A stretch of DNA of 64,000 nt from the human T2T-CHM13v2.0 reference genome, Homo sapiens. This document shows, in pieces, positions 1-13,189 of the stretch; within the stretch, counting starts at the first letter, position 1, and each line of letters starts with the position of its first letter. A model generated the notes under the pieces. The model was not told the origin of the DNA. It worked only from the letters and a program-made list of their open reading frames with translations, and did no database searches. Both the position numbers and the translations under genes were made by a program. Where the stretch lies: NCBI RefSeq assembly GCF_009914755.1, contig NC_060947.1, one strand, 5' to 3'.

Positions 1-162
1 TTCAGAAGAGTCATCTGAGGAGTTTGGTTTAATGAGGAATTTAGGCAATGCCCCCAATACCTGAGAGTGTATGTTTATAGGAGAGACTTGGGAATTTGCA
101 TTTTATTAAGAATCCATGTAATACTGATATAGTGGTCTATGAATTGCACTTTGAGAATCTAC
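1..162. mobile_element. MER5-like hAT-Charlie MITE fragment
   Basis: gggaatttgcatttt...gtggtctatgaattgcactttgagaa resembles a MER5 end; diverged. Confidence 0.55.
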
Positions 163-184
163 ATTAGAGGCATGGATTTCTAAG

Positions 185-350
185 AGAGGCAATATTGTAT
201 TGTAGAAAAGAGAACAGTTTCTGAGGTCACATTTTCTAGCTAGAATTCTTATAAGGTCATTCTGAATATGAAATAAACTTATTAGGAAAGCACTTAGAAT
301 AGTGTCTTGCATATGGCACATTCTGAAAAATAGTCATCATTATTCTTATT
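185..350 (+). mobile_element. MIR fragment
   Basis: ggaaagcacttagaatagtgtcttgcatatggcac matches the MIR 3' end. Confidence 0.6.
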
Positions 351-379
351 AGTATGAATGTCTCTATCATGAGTATCAT

Positions 380-1080
380 TTAACATTGTTCTGAAAGAAG
401 TCGACAATGCAATTACATAAGGCAAAGAAATAACGAGTTTTAGAAATGATGAGACATATCCGCATTAGGATTATTTGAATATCATATGATGTCGCAGCTG
501 AAAATCTCAATGAACAAAAAAGCCATTAAAGAAACCCAGCATGTGACTGATTATAAAATTAACATAAATTATATATAACATATTAATGACATATAATTTA
601 TAAAAGCAAGCACAGGGACGGAATAACCAGAAATTGACTTTACAGTAAATGTACAGGACAGTTTAGGAGAAAACTTTGAAACTTCACTTAGGGAGATAAA
701 CCATACTTAAGTAAATGGCAAGAAAAGCCTTGTTCTTGCTTAGTAAGACTCCATATGGTAAAGCTGTCAATGTTCTCAAATTAATCTAAAAATTAAATTT
801 TATCCTAACTAAAATGACAGTGTTATTGTTTATTAAAAATTTTGCAAACTGATTTTGGAAAAATAAAAATGTGAGGATACAGCTGGGGTGGGGATAGGGA
901 ACAAAACTGAAAATGAGTATGGGGGCAGAAGGGGCAAGCATAGCTGATATTAAATTTACTCATAAATTAGAGTAGATAAAGCATTATAGCACTCATGTAG
1001 ATTTGGATCAAATATAGGATAATAGAGAGCCAAGAAACAGAACCCCAAATAGATGTAAACTTAGAATATAGTAAAGAGGG
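380..1080 (+). mobile_element. Old L1M (L1ME-like) ORF2 remnant
   Basis: A-rich; aacattgttctgaaag..., atagagagccaagaaacagaacccc resemble L1 ORF2. Confidence 0.55.
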
Positions 1081-1139
1081 AGTACAGATATGCGCATGTG
1101 CACACACTCACACGCACACATACACACACACACTGCCTT

Positions 1140-2062
1140 CAGGGTCCCATTGGGCTTACGATGAAGTAGATGTTGGTCAGAATATCTGGCCCTCATAAAC
1201 CCAAATAACTACCAGGCTGTAATTATGTTCTAAATTCCCAGAAACTAGAATTGGTTCCATACCAATTTCTAGTCATGCTTGAGGTTTCTGTGAGTTTAAC
1301 TTTCTCCATTGAATTTTTGGTGGATCTGTGTTTCTGGACCGTGACCTTTACAAGTATTGCTCCAGGGTTATAGATTTTTTCTCTCTCTGTCTTTATTTCC
1401 ATTCCCTGGCTGCTGCATTTCTAATCAATTTCCTAGAAGCTCTGACTCTTCTTGACTAGATTTGTGCTTTTATCTCCCTTAGGTGAGACAGGAAGATTGG
1501 AAGGGGTAGAATGGAAGGAATATTTTTTTTTCTCCTCCTGCATGAAGATCTGGGAAAGTCTTTTATTTCCTGGAGAGTTGTTTTCTGTTATGGAAAAGAA
1601 TATGGATGTATTTCCCAATGATTACTCTTCACGTCCCCCAGCCAGGGCCAAGAGAAGATCTTTCTCAGATGCTTATCATAAGAATTTAGTGTTCTTGTAG
1701 TGAAAGTTTACATAGTTGTGGAGGCGTCCCCTAAAACTTTGGCCCCAGGAATTTCTCCATCGGGTGCCAGTACACATTCAGCCTCCCACAGTTTGTCAAA
1801 GTAGCCGTGTTCTTGCAGCTAATGGATTTGAGTGGCATTTTTCTAGGTAAGCAAATCTTGAGTCCTCTCTGTGGATGTTCCTGTATTTCTGGATTTTTCA
1901 GTGACAGCTCATCTTGAGACCTCAGTTCTCTGGTTTTCTCTGAAAGTCACTGATTTTATTTGTCCAGATTTTTAAAATTTATTTATTTGTTTTGTTTTTG
2001 CTGTAAGAACAAGAGTGAAGACTTCCATGCACTTTGCACATCAGAACTGAAAATAGAAGCCT
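1140..2062 (-). mobile_element. Old L1M 5' UTR region
   Basis: Right end (gtgaagacttccatgcactttgcacatcagaactgaaaatagaagcc) is the reverse complement of an old L1M 5' terminus. Confidence 0.5.
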
Positions 2063-2992
2063 TGATACATTCACTGTTGCTGTTTCTAATGTCTTTCCAA
2101 ATAATGCCTACCTTTTCTTAAAGAAATTGTTCTTTTTAGACATGCTCAGTTGTCATCTTCATGGGTGATTTGATTTTAACCCTGGATAATCCATTTAGTT
2201 TCTCTTTATTTTCCTCTACTATGCTTGGTTGCTAGAAATATAAATTGTACTGGCCAGTTATAAAAATTGCTTGCTGTATATGCTAATTAGTCCACATTTG
2301 AATAAATAATTTGCAAATATATATTGAAATTATATACCAACTGATATAGGAACATCATCACATTCATCTATCCATCGAACTCAGTGGAAAGTGACCAGTT
2401 GTGCAGATAATTTGCATCCTAGGTTATTCTCCTTTCTCAGAACTAAGAGCAAAGAATTCTTCCTACAAAAGCCTTTACTTCGTCATTGTCTATTATCCAG
2501 CATAGTTTAATTAAGAAATTACTTTTGAAGAGAAATGATGCTAATCGTAGGAATTTATCACTATGCTAAATCTACCGAAATATTACTTAAGATAAGTAAT
2601 ATCAAGGATGCTCAAAAACTAGCAAAAGGAATCATTAATCAAGTTGCTTAGATTTTCATAGTAATTTTTTGCTTAATAAACCTTTAACTTTGGTGACATT
2701 TGCAGATTTCATTCTCTATTAAATGCCACCAAATGATGATCGTAATTGGCTTCTGATACATCAGCACCTAAATGTTAGAGAAACATGGTAATTAATGACA
2801 TGTGCCAGGCTAGTCAGACCAGACTTGAAAAACAGTGCTAACACTTACATGGTATGTAAGCGTGCATATTTTAAATCACTGCATCTCATTTTCCTAATAT
2901 AAGTGTGAATTATACTACAAATCTTTAGGATCATCATGAATTACACTTTAATGCATAAGGTGCCAAGCATACCATAGATTGTCAATAAATGG

Positions 2993-3094
2993 TACAGTGG
3001 CAGGATTTCTAAATGGCCCTCCAAAGATGCCCCACCTAGTCCTGTAACCTGTGAATGTAAGGAGGTATCACTTCCATTATTGTATTATGTTATG
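2993..3094 (+). mobile_element. MLT1E-like LTR 5' fragment
   Basis: ggcaggatttctaaatggccctccaaag...cctgtaacctgtgaatg. Confidence 0.55.
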
Positions 3095-4004
3095 TTTTTA
3101 TTATACTTTAGGTTCTGGGATACATATGCAGAACATACAGGTCTATTACATAGGTATACATGTGCCATGGTGGTTTGCTGCATCCATCAACCCATCATCT
3201 ACATTAGGTATTTCTCCTAATGTTATCCCTCTCCTTGCCCTCCAACCTCCGACAGGCCCCTGTGTGTGATGTTCCCCTCCCTGTGCCCATATGTTCTCAT
3301 TGTTCAACTCCCACTTATGAGTGAGAACATGTGGTGTTTGGTTTTCTGTTCTTATGTTAGTTTCCTAAGAATGATGGTTTCCAGCTTCACCTATGTCCCT
3401 GCAAAGGACATGAACATATCCTTTTTTATGGCTGCATAGTATTCCATGGTGTATATGTGAAACATTTTCTTTATCCAGTCTAACATTGATGGGCATTTGG
3501 GTTGGTTCCAAGTCTTTGCTATTGTGAATAGTGCCGCAATAAACATACGTGTGCATGTTTCTTTATAGTAGAATGATATATAATCCTTTGGGCATATACC
3601 CAGTAATGGGATTGCTGGGTCAAATGGTATTTCTAGTTCTGGATCCTTGAGGAATCACCACACTGTCTCCCACAATGGTTGAACTAATTTGCACTCCCAC
3701 CAACAGTGTAAAAGCGTTCCTGTTTCTCCACATCCTTTCCAGCATCTGTTGTTTCCTGACTTTTTAATGATCACCATTCTAACTGCTGTGAGATGGTATC
3801 TCATTGTGGTTTTGATTTGCATTTCTCTAATGACCGGTGATGATGAGCTTTTTTTCATATGTTTGTTGGCCGCATAAATGTCTTCTTTTGAAAAGTGTCT
3901 GTTCATATACTTCGTCCACTTTTTGATGGGGTTGTTTGTTTTTTTCTTGTAAATTGGTTTAAATTCCTTGTAGATTCTGGATATCAGCCCTTTGTCAGAT
4001 GGAT
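3095..4004 (-). mobile_element. L1PA7/8-like 3' end, 5'-truncated
   Basis: Antisense L1 3'UTR; ORF 3655-3906 encodes the ORF2p C-terminus ([12 protein letters not shown]); no TSD seen. Confidence 0.92.
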
Positions 4005-4100
4005 TAACCTAGTTTGATTATTATATATTGTATACATGTATTGAAACATCACCTTCTACCCTATAAATAAGTGTAATTATTATGTGTCAGTTAAAAAAAA
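4005..4100 (+). mobile_element. L1MA extreme 3' end
   Basis: tatacatgtattgaaacatcacc...tatgtgtcagttaaaaaaaa. Confidence 0.75.
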
Positions 4101-5137
4101 GGTAAATCAAGCTAAAAAATGAAATCATCACATAAATGTGGCAGCAGAATGAAGATTGCAGAAGGGTCACTGAAAAGTAAATCAGAGCATTAGAAATACA
4201 ATCCGAAGAACAGAGTAAAACATTGAAAAATTAAACAAGGAGAAAAATTAAACAAATATACACACACAAATAGCTTGAGTCTTATTGGAGGGGAGAGAGA
4301 GAATGAGTTAGAAAAAATATATGCATTTAAAGAAATATTGGCTAAATATTTCCTATATTGGTTGAAAAACATAAAACTACATATCTAAGAAACTCAGTGA
4401 ACACAAGTAATTACAAAGAAAGCTACACATAGCCTCATCATTGTTGAACCGCATAACATGAATTATAAATAGAAAAATTTCAAAACATGCAGAGAAAAAT
4501 GGCAAATTACACAGAGGAACAACGGTGTGAATTAATATCAGCTGAATTTTCATTAGAAATAATTGAGGCCCTAAAACAATGGCATATGTTTAAAGTGCCC
4601 AGAGGAAAAAAAATAACCCACATTTCTATATTCAGTGAAAACAGCCTTGGAAAATGAGGGCCAAAAACTATATTTTCAGAAAACTGAAATTTGAAAAAAT
4701 TTGTCACCAGGAGTCCTGCACTACGAGAAATATTGGAGGATCATTTTCAGGCAAGAGGGTAGTGGTATCAGATTGGAATAGCACTTTGGATATAGTTAAA
4801 TATATGAGCACATATAAATCATTAATTTTTTAACTTCTTAATTCTTTAAAAGACATGATAAAGAAAAGTAATACCGTATTACAGGGATTTCACCATATTT
4901 TTAAAAGTAAAATGTAGCACAAAGGCTGGGAAATAAATAGAATTATACAGTTTTATGATTCTTTCCTTTTACATAAACTAGTACAATATTTATTCTAAGA
5001 TGCTAATGAATAAGGGTGGATATTGGAATCTTTAGAATGATGATTGAAAAATAATAAACAGACATAGCTAAAATAATACAGTCATTAAAATGCAATAATA
5101 AAATTATTCAGTTAATCCAAAGGAGTCATTTAGGAAG

Positions 5138-5550
5138 AGTATTAAACTGTTCTTGGATTGCTATCAAGAAATACCTGAGCCTGGGTAATTTACAAAGAAA
5201 AGAGATGTAATTGGCTCACAATTCTGCATGTTTTACAGGAAGCATGGTGCTGGCATCTTCTTTTCTTCTAGGGAAGCCTCAGGAAGCTTACAATTATGGC
5301 AGAAGGTCAAGGGGGAGGAGGTACCTCACGTGGTGAAAGTAGGAGTGAGAGCGAGAGTTGAGAAGGGGGTAGCTCCATATACTTTTAAATGACCATACTT
5401 CACAAGAACTCACTCACTATTACAAAGACAGTACCAAGCCAGGAGATACGTCCCCATTAACCAAATACATCTCACTAGGTCCCAACTCCAGCATTGGGGA
5501 TGACAATTCAACATGAGTTTTGGATGGGGACAAATATCTGAACTATAGCA
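5138..5550 (-). mobile_element. MSTA/MSTB solo LTR (ERVL-MaLR)
   Basis: LTR-like body ending aactatagca; 5-bp TSD ggaag at 5133-5137 and 5551-5555. Confidence 0.9.
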
Positions 5551-5644
5551 GGAAGGTAAGCAGGAACACAGGAACACACACACAAACACACATGCACAGA
5601 GGATAATAGAAAATAAGGAACAAGTTGGTAAATAAAATACCAAC

Positions 5645-5871
5645 TGTACTGTTCAGACCACAAAGTAGCCCCCCATGATTCCTACCTCCTGGTGTCCATG
5701 CCCTTATGTAATCTCCTCCATTTGACTGCAGGTAGGACTCATGACTTGTTTTCAACCAATACAATATGGTAAAGTTGATGGGATGTCATTCTCATGATTA
5801 CATTGGGTTATAGAAGACTTCATCTTAGTAGACTGGAACAAGAGTTTCTCCTTGCTGACTTGAAAGAGTAA
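5645..5871 (+). mobile_element. MLT1E/F LTR 5' half
   Basis: ccccatgattcctacctcctggtg...gatgggatgtcattctcatgattac. Confidence 0.75.
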
Positions 5872-5872
5872 T

Positions 5873-5959
5873 GCCCCAGTTGTAACACACATAAATGTCT
5901 CTGGACATCACCAAATGTCCCCTTAGGGACAAAGATACCCCGCTATTGAAAACCACTGC
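5873..5959. mobile_element. MER20 terminal fragment
   Basis: aaatgtctctggacatcaccaaatgtcccc...gaaaaccactg. Confidence 0.7.
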
Positions 5960-6686
5960 ATTGCATGCTCATACTAGAATAGAAAAAGTTTTTAAAACAT
6001 TGATCTAAATTTTTACCTAAAAACCTAGAGAAAGAATGCAAGTTAAAACGTAAATATATAGAGGAAGTAAATTATTAAGCCTAAGTCATTGAAATAGAAA
6101 ACAAAAAGTAGGTAAAATTAATGCACACTTGATTCTTTAAAGATTTTAACAAATAAACTCCTAGCAATACTGACCAAGAACAGTAGAAAGAAAACATAAA
6201 TTGTCAATACGAAGAAAGAAGGAGGGAACATCACTACCAATCCTTCACTTAATAAGATGATGATAAGATAATGTTACGCATAAGTGGCCCTCAATAAATT
6301 GAACAGTTTTGATGAAGTGGACCAAGTTCTTGAAAAACACAACTTACCATAACTGACTCAAGATGAAATAGAAAATCCAAATACTACTGTATGTAATGCA
6401 CAGATTTAATTCATTATGAAAAGTCCCAGAAAAATCTAAAAAAAAAAAAAAGAGGCCCAGATGATTTTAATGGTGAATAGTATGAAACACCAAATGAAGA
6501 AATAATATCGATCTTACAAACAATAATTCTTGTTATAATATTTAATATATCTCAAATTGTTTTATGAAGACAACATAATCTTCATACTCAAATCTGATAG
6601 ACATTACAAGAAGATAGAATTAGAAACCAAATCCCCCGTGAAAATAGACGCTAAAATCATTTATAAAATACTATCAAATTAAATAA

Positions 6687-7001
<315 letters not shown>

Positions 7002-7727
7002 AATAAGCAACATATTTTAAATGATGTTACTGCATCTCTAAGTGCGATTTGTTCCAGCAATACCATTTTGGTTTACTATTGTAAATATAATTATTGTGAT
7101 TTCCCGCATTAACAGAACAAAGGAGAAAAAAACACATTTTTATCTCAAAAGTTGGAGAAAATGTATTTGAAAAAATTCAACACCAATTTGTGAGAAAAGC
7201 TTGAGCAAACTACGAGTAGAATGAAATTTCTTTTTTCTGATTAAAGGCACTCATGGAAATTCAACAACCAACTTGTTATTTAATGATTAATACTTAATAT
7301 TTTTTCCAGAAATCAAGAAGAAGGCAAAAATTTCTACTCATACCACTTCTGTTCAACATCATATTGGAAATTCTAGCCAAAGCAGTACAGCAAGAAACAA
7401 CATTTTTAGGCACACAGATTGAAAAGGAAGAAGTGAAAATGCCTGAATTTATAGATAAAATTATTTATTGTATTGAAGTGAATATTTACATTTGCTGGGT
7501 ATGAGGTCAATATAAAAATATCCATTTATTTTTATTCTAGCAGAAAACAATTGGAAGACAAAATAAACTGACAACAACTAGCTCTTACAATGACATCAAA
7601 AAGGTAAAGGACAAAACCTTTATCTTGAAAACTGTAAACATTGCTGAGAGAATGAAGAATCAAAAGGAGAGACTAACCCAATTCGAGATTGGGAAGATTC
7701 AATATTGAGAAGATGCCAGTTATTTTC

Positions 7728-8214
7728 TTTTTTTTTTCTTTTTTTAAATTTTATTATTATTATACTTTAAGTTTTAGGGTACATGTGCACAATGTGCAGG
7801 TTAGTTACATATGTATACATGTGCCATGCTGGTGTGCTGCACCCATTAACTCGTCATTTAACATTAGGTATATCTCCTAATGCTATCCCTCCCCCCCGCC
7901 CACCCCACAACAGTCCCCAGAGTGTGATGTTCCCCTTCCTGTGTCCATGTGTTCTCACTGTTCAATTCCCACCTATGAGTGAGAATATGCGGTGTTTGGT
8001 TTTCTGTTCTTGCGATAGTTTACTGAGAATGATGATTTCCAATTTCATCCATGTCCCTACAAAGGACATGAACTCATCATTTTTTATGGCTGCATAGTAT
8101 TCCATGGTGTATATGTGCCACATTTTCTTAATCCAGTCTATCCTTGTTGGACATTTGGGTTGCTTCCAGGTCTTTGCTATTGTGAATAGTGCCGCAATAA
8201 ACATACATGTGCAT
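7728..8214 (-). mobile_element. Young L1PA2/3-like 3' end, 5'-truncated
   Basis: Near-consensus antisense 3'UTR with poly-T; TSD gttattttc at 7719-7727 and 8215-8223. Confidence 0.93.
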
Positions 8215-9726
8215 GTTATTTTCATATTGATTTATACAACTGTATTCTCCTTACTTAAAACCACAGCAAGATTTCTTCTACAATATTGAAAGCTGATTCT
8301 AAAATTTATATGAAAATGTGATATACCTAGAGTAATGAGAATGATATTAAAAAGAAGACCAACTTGAAAACTCACACTTTCTCATTTCAAGATGTACCAA
8401 ATGCTAGGAATTAAGACTGTATGACATTGTCATACAGATATTAAAGAAAATTAATGGATCAGTATAGAGACTGGACATATACTCTTATACACATGGTCAA
8501 TGGATTTTGTTAAAATTTTCCCATCAATTGAATTTAAAAAGTAACTTCTTTTGAACATCCAGTACTAGAAAAACAAGATAACCGTGTGTGTGGAGGGGTG
8601 CATCCAAACACTCTTGAACTATACATACCACTCTAGACTAATTTGAAATTAATCATGGACGTAATTCTAAAAGCCAAAACTATAGTTTTTGAAAGAATAT
8701 GTGGGAAAGCATCTTCATGAGTTAAGCAAAGACTTCTTAGGATACACAAATCCTTTGTATAAAAGAAAACATTATGATAAAGTGAATCCCATTAAATTAA
8801 GAAGTTTTTATCACAAATCATTATAAATAAAACGAAAAGATAAGCCATAGAATAGAAGATATTTTCAGCATATATAACTATCAAAGATCTCACAACTGTA
8901 ATATATAAAGTATTCTTCAATTAAATACAAAAAGTCATACAACCAAAGATAAAAAAGAAAATTGAGTTCTTGAACAAACACTTCACCAAAAAAGATGTGC
9001 AAATTGGCAATAAGCTTATGAAAAGTTGCTCAATATCATTAGTCATCAAAGAATGCAAATTTGAAACATAATGAGATACCACTTCACACCCACTCAAATG
9101 GCTAAAATTAAAAAGACTGACAACTCTGAATATTGGCAAGGATATGAAGCAGCAACATCTTTCATACATTTCTGGTGGGAATGCAGAATGTTAGTCAGTT
9201 GGGAAAAACTCTGGCATTTTCTCACGGAGTTCAACAGGCATTTTCTTATAGAGTTCAACAGGCATTTTCAACGTGATTTTGGAACTCCTCATCATACTAC
9301 CTCTCCAAGAGAAATAAAATTTCTGTTTACACAGAGACTTTACAGGTATGATTCATAGCAGTTTTATTATATTATTTTAAAAGTGGGGAAAAACCCCACA
9401 GATTTCCAACAGGAAAATTGATCAATAATTGTATATTCATATAATGAAATAATACACAACAATTATGTCAGTTAATACTGATATGTACAACTGCAAGGAT
9501 ACATCTTGAAAAAATCTTGTTGAGTATAGAAGCTGATAATAAATAATATAATAGTATTAATATTTTTTACGGACTTTAAGAACAAGCAGAATTAATCTTC
9601 AGTGTTAAAAATTGTAAGAGGAATTTCTTGTTGGCAGTAGGAGTTGGCTAGAGTGGGACATTAGGGAACTTTCTAGGGCGATAGAAGTATTTTATGTTAA
9701 TTGGTATTCGGTTACATGGGTATACA

Positions 9727-9924
9727 CAGTGGTGTCGTGGAGTCAGCTCTTACCAAGTTCTACCGTGCCAATTATGTGCATCTCTTTCCAACCTTCCTTT
9801 CAATACCTCACAGCAGTAGCTTGAAGTAGCCTACTGGAATAGTGGTATCTTCAGCATGGAAATCAACAAATGCTACATAGCATGGTTTTATTTTTCAGTA
9901 GTCTGGTTTACTAGCATATCACTG
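9727..9924. mobile_element. MER63A-like hAT MITE
   Basis: Terminal inverted repeats cagtggtgt... and ...ctagcatatcactg; internal tagcttgaagtagcc. Confidence 0.8.
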
Positions 9925-11174
9925 GACTGTAGAAAGTTGTAAACTATTTATTGAACTGTTTACTTAAGGTCTGTGGTATTTTCAGTTATCTCCCTAATTC
10001 TTTCCACCATAGATCTACATATGCGATGTCCCCTTTCCCATTCTTACCTAGTTTATTGTGGGGCAAACATTAAGTTTGTATTCAAACCAGGATTGTGCTT
10101 TATTCAAGAAAAAAAAGTGGGATGCTGTATTTTTAAAGGTATTTATTTGTTCTCAGTATATACAGCTGCATGTGTACTGGATTTTCTGACTCTTTCCGGT
10201 TGATAAAGGCCTTGTCTAAAGTCTTTTTTATTATTCAGTTATGTTTATTCTTTTATTTCAAGCATTTGAAAGAAATGGATGTTCCATCTCTAAATTAATA
10301 AGGAAAACACCTTCTTCGCAACGTGTCACATCATTGTTTGTGTGTGTGTATGTGTGTGTGTGTGCCCATATGCAGGAATGTGTGTGTTTTATTTTTAATT
10401 GTACAAAGCGGGATGATTAGGAACCATTTAACCAAAGTAGTGTTCCTATTTATATTACTACAATTTGAGCACTTGACAATTGCATATACCTTTATTTATT
10501 GATTTTTGAAAAAATGATTCATATTTTTCAAAGAAGAATTAATGCCTTTTTAAAATAGTGCCTGTAATTGTACTTGAGCCTGGAAAAAGCTCATACAATT
10601 TTATTGCTTTGCTAAAATTACGCGTGGAATTAGTTGGAACAGAACATTCTCTGCAAGTGAATTGTCTTTTACTGTTCACTTTAAGTTCAAAACCAGACTA
10701 TTAAAATCAGGAAACCCACTGTCCTCACATGAAAAGCTTTCAGACAATAAGTATATATTAAAATGGACCAAGATGTGTTTTCATCCTTAATCAAAATAAA
10801 AGCATTAGAAAAAATATGATGAATGATAATGATGTTATTTAATGGGTTTCATCTTTTCTATTTCAAGTGGACAGGCTTGATTTACTTCTTTGAGGCAGAT
10901 GACGCATATAAATTGTATGCTGAACTGGAGATCATTTTCTTTTGTTGCATCCCAGACAGTGCCTTATTTACATGGCATGTTTCAGCTTAGTATCTGTAAG
11001 GCAATTAGATCATTGGAATGCTTTCTCCGTTGGTTGACACATTTACTTTTTGTGGCTTTGTAGTGGAAAAACCATTATGGCCCTTTTGTTACCCAAAGGC
11101 ATGTTTCCCTGGCGAAGATTTCTCCTAGTATTTCAGTAACTATGGATTCTGTATATTTCCTGGTGTTTAAGGGC

Positions 11175-11345
11175 ATGCAATTGGAAGTTTATCAGACCTA
11201 AGCTAGAATCTATGCTCAGCCAATTGCAGGCTGTATGACATTAGACAAGTCAGTTAACTTCTCTGAGCCTCCATTATGAGGATAGTGAGGTTTAAATGAG
11301 ATAATATAGTCCTGGCACATAATATGTGATCAGTAGTATTTTATA
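11175..11345 (+). mobile_element. MIR
   Basis: Core ctgtatgacattagacaagtcagttaacttctctgagcctc. Confidence 0.75.
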
Positions 11346-12734
11346 ATTTATTGTTGCTTTAATTAAATCCACTAAGTTATTAGGACAAATATCCTGGCTT
11401 ATGTATTTTTACCTCTTTGCCCAAAACAAGGCCTGAAACATTTTAAATGCTCAATAAATATCATATATCGATGTACTACAGACTATGGGTCATTTGCATT
11501 TTGAAATAACTTTTATACTATAGGGGATTTGAAACATATTAAAGGATAGAGAGAACCCCCTTGTATCTATCACTCAGCTTCACCAGCTATGGACTCACAG
11601 TCAGTTTTGTTTTATGCATACTCCTTTAAACTTGCCCCTTCCCTCTTTCTTGAAGCAAATTGAATTCATTTTTAATCTTTTCTCCAGTAGGGCTCCCCTG
11701 CCCTTCTCCAGCTGTTAAACTCAGGAGATAGAAAGGCTTTTCAAAAGGAGCATAAACAAAATAGAATTGTAAAGTGATATCTGCTGCCATGATCACAGAA
11801 AGCATTTCCAAAGCTTAAGAGAAAATATGGATTTTCTTCTGCTTTTTTTTATCCCTTAGGGCAGATAACTGAGGCTCGATCAGAAAACAAGGGACAGGTG
11901 GCTAGAGTTTAGAGTTTTCCTGAAAATGACATACATAACAATGGTCAGGATTTTTTTGGGGGATTAAAGGGAACTATCTGCTTTCTTTGCACTTGCAGAT
12001 AGAGACTATGAAATTTGGCCAACAATATAAGGATTAAATTAATTTGTGGACATTTAGAGTGGATGAAGTAGCTATTCACCATACAACTGTGAGCAACACT
12101 AAAAATGTTCTAGTTAGTATCAGTCATTTAATATAAAAGCCATAAAAATGTTTCAAATTATGCCTCTTTATTACTCACCAAGTTCCTTCTTTCTCATGAA
12201 ATGCCTGTTTCTGTTGTTTATTGAACTCCATTTATTTTAGCGCTAGTGAATAAATTCATTAGTTTTATGTAAGAGTTGTGAGAAATAGCAGAATTTGCAG
12301 TTGCAATATAATCCTAATCACAGGCAATATTCTGACTGCTCCATACTTCCTAGTATTTACTCCTTAAAGAGAGAAGACGGTGGTAATGGCAGTAGCAACT
12401 CTTAAATATTTTGGGGAGGTTTGACATTATTTCTTGATGTAATAGCATATTTCCTTAAAGGTTATTTGAACTCACGTTGTGTTATACAAGAAAAGGGCAG
12501 AATAATTTTTGTTGTGGCAGGATTCATTGATTTGGGGTGGCAGTATTGACTACATGTGCATTTGAGATTATTACAAACAGAAACTGTGCAAGCATATCCT
12601 GGTTGTATTGGCAGGCTGTCTAAGATGCTGACAGCTGTCTCATGCCAGCACAGAAAACAAAATTGCTTTATACCTTTGGTGAGATATTAAAGTCCCTACC
12701 TAGTCTTCATTCTTTTAAGTATTTATATTTATAT

Positions 12735-12880
12735 TAATACTCATTCCATCATTCAATCGTATCTTTGATAAACAGTGGTTGCAAATTTACTTGGTACCTT
12801 GTCTTGTACTAGGCAATGGGAATCCAGCACAGTGCCACCCTTAAGGAGCACTCAGTCTGGATGAGGAGGCAGATATCTAT
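12735..12880 (-). mobile_element. L2 3' fragment
   Basis: cattccatcattcaa...gtactaggcaatggg...cttaaggagcactcagtctgg. Confidence 0.55.
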
Positions 12881-13189
12881 ACCACAAACTATAATAGTTT
12901 GACAAGTAGAGGACCAAACTGACCCTACCTTCAGCTAACTTGGAAATAAGTATGGTGTCCAATTAGTACTATAACATTTAATATCCATGTACATGGATTT
13001 TTGAGAAAGCATTGCTTTATATAATTAAAAAACAAAATGAGACACTGTCAATTAATTCTTGACATTTTACAAAACATTTCAAATATATTTTATCATTGGG
13101 GCCTCTCAGTGAGCCTATAAAATAAGTCGTAGTATATTTATCCCCATTTTCTCCTACTTTTTACTACAAAACTCCTTCAGTTGTCTATA

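Noticed and set aside
885-934. Clustered G-runs suggesting a G-quadruplex
   Set aside because: A ~21-nt loop separates the runs, and it lies in a decayed L1.
2733-2756. Box C (ATGATGA) and box D (CTGA) motifs
   Set aside because: Far too close for a C/D snoRNA and no terminal stem.
10200-11170. Repeat-free block with homeodomain-like motifs
   Set aside because: May be conserved, but such motifs are ubiquitous in AT-rich DNA; nothing specific is supportable.
12983-12998. Perfect palindrome atccatgtacatggat
   Set aside because: 8-bp arms; about one is expected by chance in 64 kb.
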